Below, piece by piece: positions 1 to 11,461 of a stretch of DNA of 64,000 bases. This stretch comes from Octopus sinensis. Taxonomy: Eukaryota. The notes under the pieces are model-generated. The model was not told the origin of the DNA. It worked only from the letters and a program-made list of their open reading frames with translations, and searched no databases. The translations under genes were made by a program, and so were the position numbers. Position 1 is the first letter of the stretch. The number at the start of each line of letters is the position of its first letter. The stretch covers positions 7,068,001-7,132,000 of the forward strand of contig NC_043005.1 of the NCBI RefSeq assembly GCF_006345805.1. Reading direction: 5' to 3'.

Positions 1-41
1 ATAACAATTTCTTTATTTCCATACAATAAATAAGGAAATAA

Positions 42-480
42 AGAAATTGTTATCAGCGATGAAAAATGGTGTCTTTAACTTAACATGCAGCAGAGGAAAG
101 AATGGCTGAGTCTCAACAATCAACACCACAAGCCAAGCCAGAGCTGCACCTTTGCAAGACAATGATTTGTGTTTGGTGAGTTTGAGAAAGGCTAATCCAC
201 TATGAAATGCTTAAAAACAACCACATGGTCACTTCAGACATTTATTCAGCAAATGCAACAGTTCAACAAGGCAATCTAGCTGAAACGACATGACTCACTG
301 CTCAGAGTGTTTTCTCAACATGACAACACTTGACTCCACATCTCTAATTTGACCAAAATTGTTATTCAAGAGTTGAATGAGAAATTCTACCACAATCATC
401 ATATTCTCTTGATATAATACCTTCAGATTATTGGCCTTTTCAGTTACTCTCCTACAGTCTGCTTGGTCAAACCACTTCCA
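42..480 (+). mobile_element. decayed mariner transposase fragment (DDD domain)
   Basis: Broken frames give IVISDEKW, KPELH..KTMICVW, LIHYEML, QHDNT, SYSLDIIPSDY, matching the mariner motifs TxDEKW, HDNA and YSPDLAPSDY. Confidence 0.8.
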
Positions 481-520
481 GCCAAACCATGCCATTATAG
501 AAAACAGACATTAAATGATG

Positions 521-560
<40 letters not shown>

Positions 561-566
<6 letters not shown>

Positions 567-741
567 TTTGATAAATACAATATATGTTTTTATGTGCTAT
601 TGTTAGTTTCATGTACTGAGAACATGCCAAACATTGTTTTATAACACATTTGGCATCCTAGCACAATCATCAGACACTGCCCATACGACATGAAACTAAT
701 AGTAGCACATAAAAACATATATTGTGTTTGTTAAATAATAT
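561..741. repeat. long inverted repeat / MITE-like hairpin, 54-bp arms
   Basis: Arms 561-614 and 688-741 pair fully apart from five G.T pairs. The spacer holds an inner 8-bp inverted repeat atgccaaa/tttggcat. Confidence 0.85.
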
Positions 742-869
742 TTATCTCTCACCAGATAGTGTAATTTTTTTGTTGATCTTACAGTACAGTATATATATAT
801 ATAAATGTTTGTTTGGGTGGTTGAATTCTGCAGACACACTTTACACCATATATAATAATAATAATATTA

Positions 870-910
<41 letters not shown>

Positions 911-1303
911 AAAAGGGAGACACAAAGAGCTGACATGAGATGTGCAGCACCAGTGCACATACTAGGTTTGGTGGCAGGCACTGTGTTAATAAACACTACA
1001 TGCACACACAATGAGAGAGGCTAAATAACAGAGTAGTAATGGGAGAAGTTATACAATGAGAAATTTGTTTCATTAAATTTTATTTTCAGGTAATAAATAT
1101 TTTTATTTTGAAAATTAATATTAATTGCATCAGTTTAAATAAGCACCAAAAGATTTGATGAAAATTAAATAATAGTTAATGGAAATATGCCTTATTTCCT
1201 GATACTACCCATGGTGGCAAAGGTATACTTCCAAAATTACCCCTCACATGACAGGTTACATTCAAGTATACATTTATATCTATAAAGTAAAGATAGATGT
1301 GTA

Positions 1304-1337
<34 letters not shown>

Positions 1338-1391
1338 CATACACACACACATATATATATATACATATATATAGAGATACACACATGTACA

Positions 1392-1585
1392 TATGAAGAG
1401 GTGCTGAAAAGTTCCTGGTTTTGGGTAAAAGAAAATACAAGAAGGATCAGTTAATTGTGATTTTATTCAACATATTCCTCTCTCAGATTCACACACTTAT
1501 TGCAGCAGTCCTTCAGTTTTTGTAAGCCCTGTAAAAGAACTCGGAAGATTGGGCCTCCAAACAGGTCTTTTGCAATACCCTTAAA
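1392..1585 (-). mobile_element. mariner 3' end with one TIR
   Basis: Minus strand reads ...QGLQKLKDCCNKCVNLREEYVE*, a typical mariner C-terminus, followed by TIR-like ccaggaacttttcagcacctcttca-TA. Confidence 0.8.
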
Positions 1586-1692
1586 GCACTCACTCATATA
1601 TCTATGTATATGTGTGTGTGTATATATATATATATTCAAGCACACATATATGTATGCATACACACTCACACACACACACACATATATAGTAC

Positions 1693-1855
1693 AAGCGTAG
1701 TTGTATGATTATGAAGTTTGCTTCTTATTATATGGCTTCAAGTTCTGTCCATGCACAGCATCTAGACAAAGTGTTGTTTGTTTCCAGTCTCCTGTGGAAA
1801 ATCTGAATCATGCAAATACAGAAAAGTGGATCTTAAAATGCTGATGATGATGATG
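1693..1855 (+). mobile_element. old SINE with family-A tRNA-like head and family-B (GAT)n tail
   Basis: A diverged head (gcgtagttgtatgatt...agtttgcttc...agttctgtcc) is joined to the tail atgcaa...gaaaagtggatcttaaaatgctgatgatgatg. Confidence 0.55.
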
Positions 1856-1884
1856 GTATATATATATACATATATATATATATA

Positions 1885-2103
1885 TAATAAATGAAAGAAG
1901 ATTTTAACAAAATTCCTTTACTCTCAACACATGTTTCGAAGACTGCATACTCTTAATTCCGAAGGAATAAAGGGTGCAAACTGAAAGAAGCCCGTCGTAC
2001 ATATGTATATATCGGAATTAAGAGTGTGCAGTCTTCGAAACATGTGTTGAGAGTAAAGGAATTTTGTTAAAATCTTCATTCGACTCCATTCTTTCATTTA
2101 TTA
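1885..2103. repeat. fold-back palindrome, 66-bp arms (1 mismatch) plus outer arms, 49-nt spacer
   Basis: 1897-1962 is the reverse complement of 2012-2077 except for one T/C. A further 15-nt outer arm pairs after a 14-nt deletion in the left arm. The structure sits in (TA)n. Confidence 0.93.
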
Positions 2104-2595
2104 ATATTAAAAAGAAACACACAAATTATCACACAAGAACACGGGGTTTCTGCCCTTGGCATGTAGCTTCAACCGTGTTTTCTGATGTGAATTTGCTACC
2201 CAGGTATCGGTTAACCGAATTATCAATACTAGGATAATTCATTCACCTACTTATATATATATATATATATGATATGTATATGTATCTACTTAAATTCACA
2301 CATAGACATACTCATATACATAAGTACATGCATATATTTTCAACTGCACATAGACATATTTTACACACGCACACACATATAAAGGTAAGATCCAAGAATC
2401 AAGGTGTAGGAAGGTAGTAAGCTTCAAGCAGTCTGTAGAAGATATAAAAACAACTTTCAGGAACAATAGTGGATTACTCCTCATTTTGATAATTACTACT
2501 TCTGAGATTCTGCTAGCTATGAAACATATGTAGCCTGGATTTTATCTACCTCATTCCCTAATATTGGATATATATATATATATATATATATATAT

Positions 2596-3070
2596 CATCA
2601 TCATTGTTTAACGTCTGCTTTCCATGCTGGCATGGGTTGGACGATTTGACTGAGGATTGGTGAACCAGGCTCCAATCTTGATCTGGCAGAATTTCTACAG
2701 CTGGATGCCCTTCCTAATGCCAACCACTCTGAGAGTGTAGTGGGTGCTTTTACGTGCCACTGGCACGAGGGCCAGTCAGGAGGTACTGGCAACGGCTACG
2801 GAAAAATCGTATTTTTTTTTATGTGTCACTAGTAAGGCGACACTGGTAACAATCATGCTCGAATGGTGCTTTTTACATGCCAGCGGTACGGACGCCAGTT
2901 AGCCACTCTGGCAACGATCATACTCGGATGGTGCTCTTAGTGCTCCACTAGCATGGATGCCAGTCATCAAATTTGATTTCGATTCCGATTTCACTTGCCT
3001 CAACAGGTCTTCAGAAGCAGTGTCCAATGACGGGAAGGTACGCATAAGTGGGTTGGTTACACCCCTGGCT
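2596..3070 (-). mobile_element. SINE-like retroposon family B (long copy)
   Basis: Shares the family-B terminal segment ...ggcattaggaagggcatccagctgtagaaa...catgccagcatggaaagcagacgttaaacaatgatgatga with five other copies in the window, preceded by diverged internal repeat units. Confidence 0.85.
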
Positions 3071-3369
3071 TATATATACATATATATGCAGACAGACAGA
3101 TAGCCAGTCAGTCATAGGCACAGTGGTGCTTAACTACTCATAACAATTTGCTCAACTGTACAGAAAACAAATTTCACTCCTTGCTCATAGCTGTATGGTC
3201 AGCAGCAATAGCAAAATTTTCCACCTGTAACAATAATTTCAAACTTTTTATGTGTCTGTACATTCTTAAACTACCTGCTAGATAAAGCAGCCAAATCTTT
3301 TTGAAATCATGTCCTTTTGCCTTAAAAAAAAAGACACAGTAGAAAGGACACAGCCACTCCTATGCCAAT

Positions 3370-3762
3370 GTGGTGCATAGGAGTAGGAGTGGCTTACCAA
3401 CCACATGGTTCCGGGTTCAGTCCCACTGTGTGGCACCTTGGGTAAGTGTTTTCTACTATAGCCTTGGGCCGACCAAAGCCTTGTGAGTGGATTTCGTACA
3501 CAAAAACTGAAAGAAGCCCGTCGTACATATGTATATATATGTATGTGGGTGTGTATACGTTTGTGTGTCTGTGTTTGTCCGCCCACGGTCGCTTGATAAC
3601 CGATGCTGGCGTGTTATGTCCCTGTAACTTAGCGGTTCAGCAAAAGAGACTGATAGAATAAGTACTAGGCTTACAAAGAATAAGTCCTGGGGTTGATTTG
3701 CTCAACTAAAGACGGTGCTCCAGCATGGCCACAGTCAAATGACTGAAACAAGTAAAAGAGTA
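3370..3762 (+). mobile_element. tRNA-derived SINE family A
   Basis: B-box gggttcagtccc, internal (TA)n(TG)n hinge, body ...gatagaataagtact...gctccagcatggccacagtcaaatgactgaaac and (aagagta)n tail. At least nine copies occur in the window. Confidence 0.9.
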
Positions 3763-4125
3763 TAATAGCAACAGAAACAGTATTAATACCAGATGTTAAT
3801 ATTTATTCCACTTAAAAACAGTGGATGTTCTGTTAGAATACAGAATACTGTGTTATTTACCATGAGAGAACCTCTCATATGGACTTGTGGTGCATAGAAG
3901 CACTCGTGTTTATATTGCTGGTGGGAGATATTTGTCCATTATCACTGCCAGTTGCAGCACTTTTGGTCATAGGCATACTGGGTCAAGGTTAATCTTAGTT
4001 TGAACATACTTCAGCTAATAAACTGTTATACTTAAGCAAGCATAGAGCAATCACTGTAAAACATTAAATACACCCACAAACATACATATGTATCTATAAT
4101 ATGTAAACATATACATAATCTATGT

Positions 4126-4466
4126 GAAGGCGCATGGCTCAGTGGTTAGAGCATCGAGCTTAAGATTGTGAGGTTGCGAGTTCAAATCCCAGACCGTGCT
4201 GCGTGTTGTGTTCTTGAGCAAGACACTTTATTTCACGTTGCTCCAGTTCACTCAGCTGCAGAAATGAGTTGCACCATCACAGGTGCCAAGCTGTATCAGC
4301 CCCTTTTGCCTTTCTTTTGGATAACACTGGTGGCGTGGAGAGGGAAGGCCGGTATGCATGGGCGACTGCTGGTCTTCCATAAACAACCTTGCCCGGACTT
4401 GTGCCCGGGAGGGTAACTTTCTAGGTGCAAATCCCATGGGCTGTGTAATGTCTGAAGGGGGTCTCA
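4126..4466 (+). mobile_element. tRNA-derived SINE family E
   Basis: A-box tggctcagtgg, B-box gagttcaaatcc, central cttgagcaagacacttt...ctccagttcactcagctg; homologous to the minus-strand copy at 25903-26232. Confidence 0.88.
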
Positions 4467-5006
4467 GAACATAATCTATATACATACACATGCATAATAT
4501 ACCATCATCACTGTTTTAATGTCTACTTTTCCATGCTTGCAGGAGTCAGACAAGACTACATTGGGGCAGAGTTTTCTTTTTCCTGATACTCTTCTTGACA
4601 CCAGCTGTCATCCAAGTTTATCAAAAAACAAACATTTTGGACATGCTTTTACAAAAGATTGGAAACAAATGCCACTGATTGTTTGAATGATGAATCTTTT
4701 TATTAACACATGAAAATCGGGGGAAATATGAACTCACACACACACATTACATATATGTGTGTGTCTATGTGTGCACGTGTCTCCTTGTCTTGAGAGTGCG
4801 TGTTAGTTGTAAATGAATGTCACCGTCATACTAACGGTACCCTTTGTTTTTAATCTTCCATGAAGACATGTCTGGTCATGGGGAAAATATAATCTTGTTT
4901 GCAAACAGGAAAAGATTGGCAACAAAAAGAGCACTGGGCCATAAAAAATCTGCCCCAACAAATTCCATCTGATCTATGCAAGCATGGAAAAGTAGATACT
5001 AAACAA

Positions 5007-5052
<46 letters not shown>

Positions 5053-5427
5053 AGAGAGAGAGAGAGAGAAATGGGAGAGAGAGAGAGAGATATGCAAAGC
5101 CAGACAGCCAATCATTGTTGTGTTATCAAACAATCTGAGAGGTCACTGTTATTTCATAGTCCTCAAAGCCAATATATTTAAATGTTAAATGTTCCAGTCT
5201 ACCTCAAAATAAATATGTAAAATTTGGCACTGTAAGCTCTGTGGAACAATTAGAGTTTCCTGTAAGTTTGGCTAAACCAAGCTGGTGTGTCCACAATGGT
5301 GGTAACCCTGCAAGACATGTTCAAACACATATCCAAATGCAAACATGCATACATACATATGTGCCTATAAACACATGCACATATATGGATATTTGTGCAT
5401 ATATAAATCTATACAGACACATTTATA

Positions 5428-5463
<36 letters not shown>

Positions 5464-6879
5464 CATATACAAAGAAACACAAACATATACTGACATATTG
5501 AATGTAGTATTATTAATGAAGTATATAATTTTAAATGTATTGGGTGCATGACTTTGATTCTTGTGTGTACAAATTCCAAAAGAAATGTTTCCATTTTAGG
5601 GAAGCTTTTTTATCTTATAAGTTCTTAAAATTGTAATATTTGTAAAATAATAGTAGGCATATATCCCGTGACTGGATACCCTTTGAACTACCAACTGCTG
5701 AATATTGAATTGTAGGTAGATGTCACCAATTTTTAAGTAAATACACCTATACAAGCAGAATTATACACTTTGTCTGTGACACAACACAACACCTGCAACC
5801 ATAATCATATAAATATTTATTTAACTTGTATTTAAAAATTGGCTCACAAGAATTGTTATTAGAAGATTGGTTTTTATAATGTAGAAAATACATATATGTG
5901 TCAACAGATTTTGAGCTGTTTGCAAAATAAATCAAGAAATTACATTCTACTTTAAATCTATAAAACTCCAAAACTCTCACTCTGTAAAAATTAGAAATTC
6001 CACCAACATCACTTGTGTTTTACATGTTGGTGTAAGGGCATCTTTGTGAAATGTTTATTTCCAATAGTAACTTTTCTATAAGAATGAACAATTTTCCTGA
6101 TTTCACTGATGGCATGTATATGAAAAGTATGAGTCAATAATGTTGGCATCAGTGCAGTTAAGGAAATTGCTAGAAATAAATATTATTAATCTGCAAGTAT
6201 TCATGTGTATTCAGAGTAACCTTATAAGGATATCATATATAAAACATTTTAACTGGATTATATAACACTGTTTTGAAAAGAAATAACATTTAAATTATGA
6301 AGCAAACCAATACAAGCTCATATACATTACATTTCCCTAACACAAGAAGAACAGTGAAAAAAAAAATGGTCGCCATTTTAAAGAAGTATGGAACTTCTAA
6401 ACTGAATTTTGATGAGATAGCTAAAGCGTTTTACAAAAATTAAAATTAAAATATTTTCTAAAATTCTGTTATTTCTATTTTGAAGATTTGTCATTCATAA
6501 TTATGGAATAGTTTGAATTAATACCTGCCATAAAATGGTAATGAGTTAGAGATAAATCTGAAGAAGATAATACATTCATAGAAAAGAATGTTAGAAGTAA
6601 ATTGTATAATTATCCAATGTAACCAAAGATTTGCAAAAAAAAAAAAGGGGGTAAAAAGGAAAAAGGCAAAAAAAAAGACACTGGAATATAAATGAAAATA
6701 TTTAGTATTAAAAAGTATTTTAGGTAAAAAAAAAATAATAATAGCACTTTGGTTTCTTTGTATTTAATAATTTAATAATAAAAAAAAAAACTGATCTGAT
6801 ATAGTTTCTAAATTACAAGAAATACTGAAGGCCATAAACCAGCTATCCTAAGGCAAAGTGCCAAGTGGGAGTACCTTGT

Positions 6880-8230
6880 ACCTGCTTAAATGTGCAAGTC
6901 TAGTGGTGTTTTTTATATCAAAAGCACATCATGCCATATGGAAACGAGACAACATATAAGACATCAAGAATGCATTTATAATACACCAATACAAAAGAAA
7001 ATTATCAATCCTGTACATGACACAACTTCATGATTGAACTAATATTGGTTAGAATCCTACTAAGCTGCTTTCTACCATCTATAGGAAGGCAAGCTGGATG
7101 TGATCTTCAAGCCAGACAAACCCCTTGAAAACAAATTAGAGACTTTTAAACCATCTACGTGCAACTTTGATAACATAAGCAGGGCCGGCAATGGAAAATA
7201 TTATTCAACTTTTGATGTTCAACAGGTCCTTTAATATTAAACAATAATTCCATGATTTTATACTGGTTTGTGCACTGGAAAAGCATTAGAAATCTTTGAT
7301 ATAACTTAAAGAGTAGAATAGGAATGATTATTAGTTCCAATATAGTTCAGCACGGTGTTCTTAACTACATTGTTCAAAGAATTCCACAACAGTGGAGAGG
7401 GCATCCATATAAAATACAGAGCAAATAGAAAGCTGTACAATAGTCGTTGCTAGGTAGTATAGCAGTCAACAAGATGTAAAATATGAGAATCAGGAACTTT
7501 TTCTTGTAGAAAACTGCATAGTTGATGCGACCAGTGAACATAAAATACAAGTGGGCATAATGATTGATGTTAGAACTCTATGAAGGTCTATGTGTAATAC
7601 TAAAGGACTAAATACTAAATATAACGGACAGCTTCATCAATATAAGTACTTCTTTCCAGGAATGTAGAATTGATGAAAATCATCAAGTGCAGAATTGAAA
7701 AGGCATGCAGAACTTTTGGAAGATTATAGGACAAATATAAAATGAAGAAGCTTTTAGTCTCAACACAAACTGGAGGTCTTCAACATTTATAACGTTACAG
7801 TAAACATGTTAAGTCATGGATTTTTATTATGAACATATCAGGAAGCTGCAAAGCTAACATATGACTTGCAATCTACTGATGGTAAGACAAGATTAGTGGC
7901 TCAGGTTCTTTCTCACTCAAATCTACTAAGCATTAATGTTGAGTTGGAGAGACATACATCAAGTGAGTTAGATATCACCTTCACAGAGACCCTGAACAAT
8001 TTCTAAATATGCAGGAATATGGTATTTGAGGAAAATAAGCATTAAATTGGAAGACCTAAATGCACTTAAATAAAAAAAAAATGAGAAATCAAGATTCTGA
8101 CAGTTGAAAGAATGCCTGACTACAAAGAAAGGCGAAGCCATAGTCTGACACTTGCAGAATCATGATGGAAAACTGACAGAGAAAAACGAGAAGACTAAGG
8201 AAAAGAGTACAAGATTATGCAGACTCCCCT
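6880..8230 (+). mobile_element. decayed RTE (BovB-like) LINE fragment
   Basis: Broken frames give QDIKNAFIIHQYKRK and CRIEKACRTFGRL, resembling the RTE motifs QDFKDASIIHLYKRK and RIAKASAAFGRL. Many stops; ends approximate. Confidence 0.65.
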
Positions 8231-9583
8231 AAATAGATAAAGAATTTGGGTAATATTTATGGTCAATAATGATTGAAAAACTTTTACTAAAAAGGAACAA
8301 GCAAGTATTCTAACAAAAATCAAAGAAACAATAAAAAGAATTGATACAGAAATATTCCTCATACCTTACATAGCATAAATACAGAAATAGATCTAAAATC
8401 CTGCAAACACATAGACTAATGTTGGTAAAGTATATTTCATAAGATGGATCATAAATGACTTGGGAAATCATAACATACATTACTAACATCTTGAAGTCAA
8501 CTTATCGTCACAGTACAGTGGCTTAGTATCTGTTTGGTGAGTCAAAGAAATGATATTTAATATCTTATAAAACAGTGTTTAATCAGTTAAACTGATCTCA
8601 GTACCTTATAAAGTAAGCATTGGCATAGAAAAGCAAGAGTCTTTGAATGAATTAATAACTAAAAGTAGAAAGAGTAACTGCAGTTTCCTAGGCTTGTTAG
8701 AGAGCAGAAACATAGACAATTAGATAAACAATTGGAAATGATATATTGAAGTATGTATGGGATGAGGATCAATAACTCAAGATGAAATGGTATTGTAGGA
8801 CAACTGGTATTAAATGAAAATTATTTGATGAACTGATACTGAAAATTGCATATTCCATGATAAAATCTCCTTATGAATGCATTAGAGGTATGGTAGCCTG
8901 ATATGCAAACATTCCCATGTAACCATGAAAGAAACAATAGTTTAGGGAAAAACAAGAGATATAACATGTAAAGCTGTTCACTTGTATGCAATGAATACTA
9001 AGATAACTGCAGGATTTAGAGTGAAATAGCAAAAAGAAAACAAAAGAGAATAAGTAGAAATGATATCAAGTAATTTATAAATACTGGTAAAATCAGATAT
9101 TATAAGTGAATATCTCTGTCATCAACATTACTGAAGATAGAGCTTATACTATAAAACTGCCATATTTACAGGAACATTACATATGTAACACAATGATACA
9201 TTAAACTAACTGATTTGATTGAAATAAATACAGTTTTTTTTTAGATATATTTACAAAAGTTCTATGAAAATAACATTTGATCAAAAAGAGAATAGAAAGC
9301 TATAAAAAGTAAAAGAAATTATGGAGAGTTATGTAAATATGAAATATTTGAGAGAATATATTTTATTCCTGAGATGAATCAAATAAGAGGGAAAAGTATT
9401 GCAATAATAATGTATAAATCTAATTTAATTATATATCCTTTTCTACTTGGATTTATGTGGAAATAAAACAGTTGAATAAAACCATTAAACAGAAATAAAA
9501 ATATTGACTTTGTATTATTATCAGCTAATATTTAGACGATAAAGGAAATGAATATTGTCAGTTATTTCACTTGTAAATTAGCC

Positions 9584-9619
<36 letters not shown>

Positions 9620-10044
9620 ATGCATGTATGTGAGGGAGCATGTATATACATACACACATGCATATATATATATATAAATACATATTTGCATGTGTGTGTG
9701 TGTGTATATATATATATATACACACATTTATATATAATTGTATACATGTAAATATATACACATATATATATATATATACACACACACACATAAATATATA
9801 TATATATAAAGATATAAATATATATACACATATATGTATATATAAAGATATATATACATATATACACACATATATATGTATATATACATGTAAATATATA
9901 CATATGTATTTAAATATATATAGATATATACACACACAAGTATGTGCATATGTGCATGCTGTGTGACATGTAATATAATGACGATATATTTGTTAAAGTG
10001 TTACATTTATGGTTATCATCATCATCATTATTATTATTATTATT

Positions 10045-10330
10045 CAGTAGTTTTATTTTTATAGCGTGCTTTCACGTCACTACCGAGCGCAGCTCTGTGT
10101 GCCTTGGGTATGTGCTGTGATTTGTTGTGATGCTCTGATAGTTATTGTATGGAAAGTGTTCTGCGTAGGATGTGTGCAGTGCCTAGTAGTGCAATTTTCT
10201 GTATGTTATATGTGTTTGTAAGTCCTGGTGTTTTTGTTATGTATTTGTCTGAATATTTTTTTATCATGCCTAATGCACCTACTATGATTGGAATTGTTTC
10301 TGTTTTTAGATTCCATATTCTGGTTACCTC

Positions 10331-10331
<1 letters not shown>
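10045..10331 (-). mobile_element. 5'-truncated RLE-type (R4/Dong-like) non-LTR retrotransposon 3' end, copy 1
   Basis: Open frame IEVTRIWNLKTETIPIIVGALGMIKKYSDKYITKTPGLTNTYNIQKIALLGTAHILRRTLSIQ*, about 97 nt of 3' UTR with AATAAA, and (TAA)n on both flanks. Confidence 0.85.
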
Positions 10332-10376
<45 letters not shown>

Positions 10377-11138
10377 TACTTTCTACATTAAGTCCACATT
10401 TCCTTAGACAAATAACCTAAACACCCAAATTTGAGGATCATTAATTATACAAAGTGACATTTTTATCAACAATCCATCCATTCTCTAAACACGTTTCAAA
10501 ATCACATTTAATTTTTGCCAAAATTCAATATGAAATTCATAAAAAAGACATTTCAGTATATAACAGTTTATTTATTATGTGTATGTAAAATATATATGTA
10601 CATTTCCCTAAAGTGACATATAGATACCTCAAGGTAAGCATACACACGTGTTTGCACAAAAATTATACTTATCACTTATATATTAACATGTACACACACA
10701 CACCTTTGGTGACGTAATCAAATATTACAATTAAAAATTCCCATTTTATTATAATGTTCATTATATATGAATTATCTCTCTCATAAATGTATATATGTAT
10801 GTGTGAGTGCATGTGTTATCATTTACCTTTGTTTTTTTGTATACTTTTCTACAAGTTTGATTGTTTATGAATGATAACTAGATTTGGAATTAAGATAAAG
10901 CAGATTGTGCACACACACACATATACATATATATACCCACATAAATATATATATACATATAAATATATGTATATATACATGTAAATATATACATATGTAT
11001 TTAAATATATATAGATATATACACACACAAGTATGTGCATATGTGCATGCTGTGTGACATGTAATATAATGACGATATATTTGTTAAAGTGTTACATTTA
11101 TGGTTATCATCATCATCATCATTATTATTATTATTATT

Positions 11139-11424
11139 CAGTAGTTTTATTTTTATAGCGTGCTTTCACTTCACTACCGAGCGCAGCTCTGTGTGCCTTG
11201 GGTATGTGCTGTGATTTGTTGTGATGCTCTGATGGTTATTGTATGGAAAGTGTTCTGCGTAGGATGTGTGCAGTGCCTAGTAGTGCAATTTTCTGTATGT
11301 TATATGTGTTTGTAAGTCCTGGTGTTTTTGTTATGTATTTGTCTGAATATTTTTTTATCATGCCTAATGCACCTACTATGATAGGAATTGTTTCTGTTTT
11401 TAGATTCCATATTCTGGTTACCTC
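11139..11424 (-). mobile_element. RLE-type (R4/Dong-like) 3' end, copy 2 (part of the tandem duplication)
   Basis: Near-identical to 10045-10331, with the same (TAA)n flanks. Confidence 0.85.

Positions 11425-11461
<37 letters not shown>

Noticed and set aside
3174-3224. Possible minus-strand terminal exon VENFAIAADHTAMSKE*
   Set aside because: Only 17 codons, a weak pyrimidine tract, no partner exon found and no recognisable homology.
4126-4200. tRNA-like sequences at SINE heads (also 19707, 20596, 26232, 42293)
   Set aside because: They have A/B boxes but I see no complete cloverleaf, and they continue into SINE bodies; not called as tRNA genes.
9548-9966. Many ORFs rich in Y/I/C/V/H/T (also about 30250-31065, 32758-33131, 34866-35824, 49999-50522)
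   Set aside because: They are translations of (TA)n/(CA)n/(TG)n microsatellites, which lack stops in some frames; there is no protein signal.
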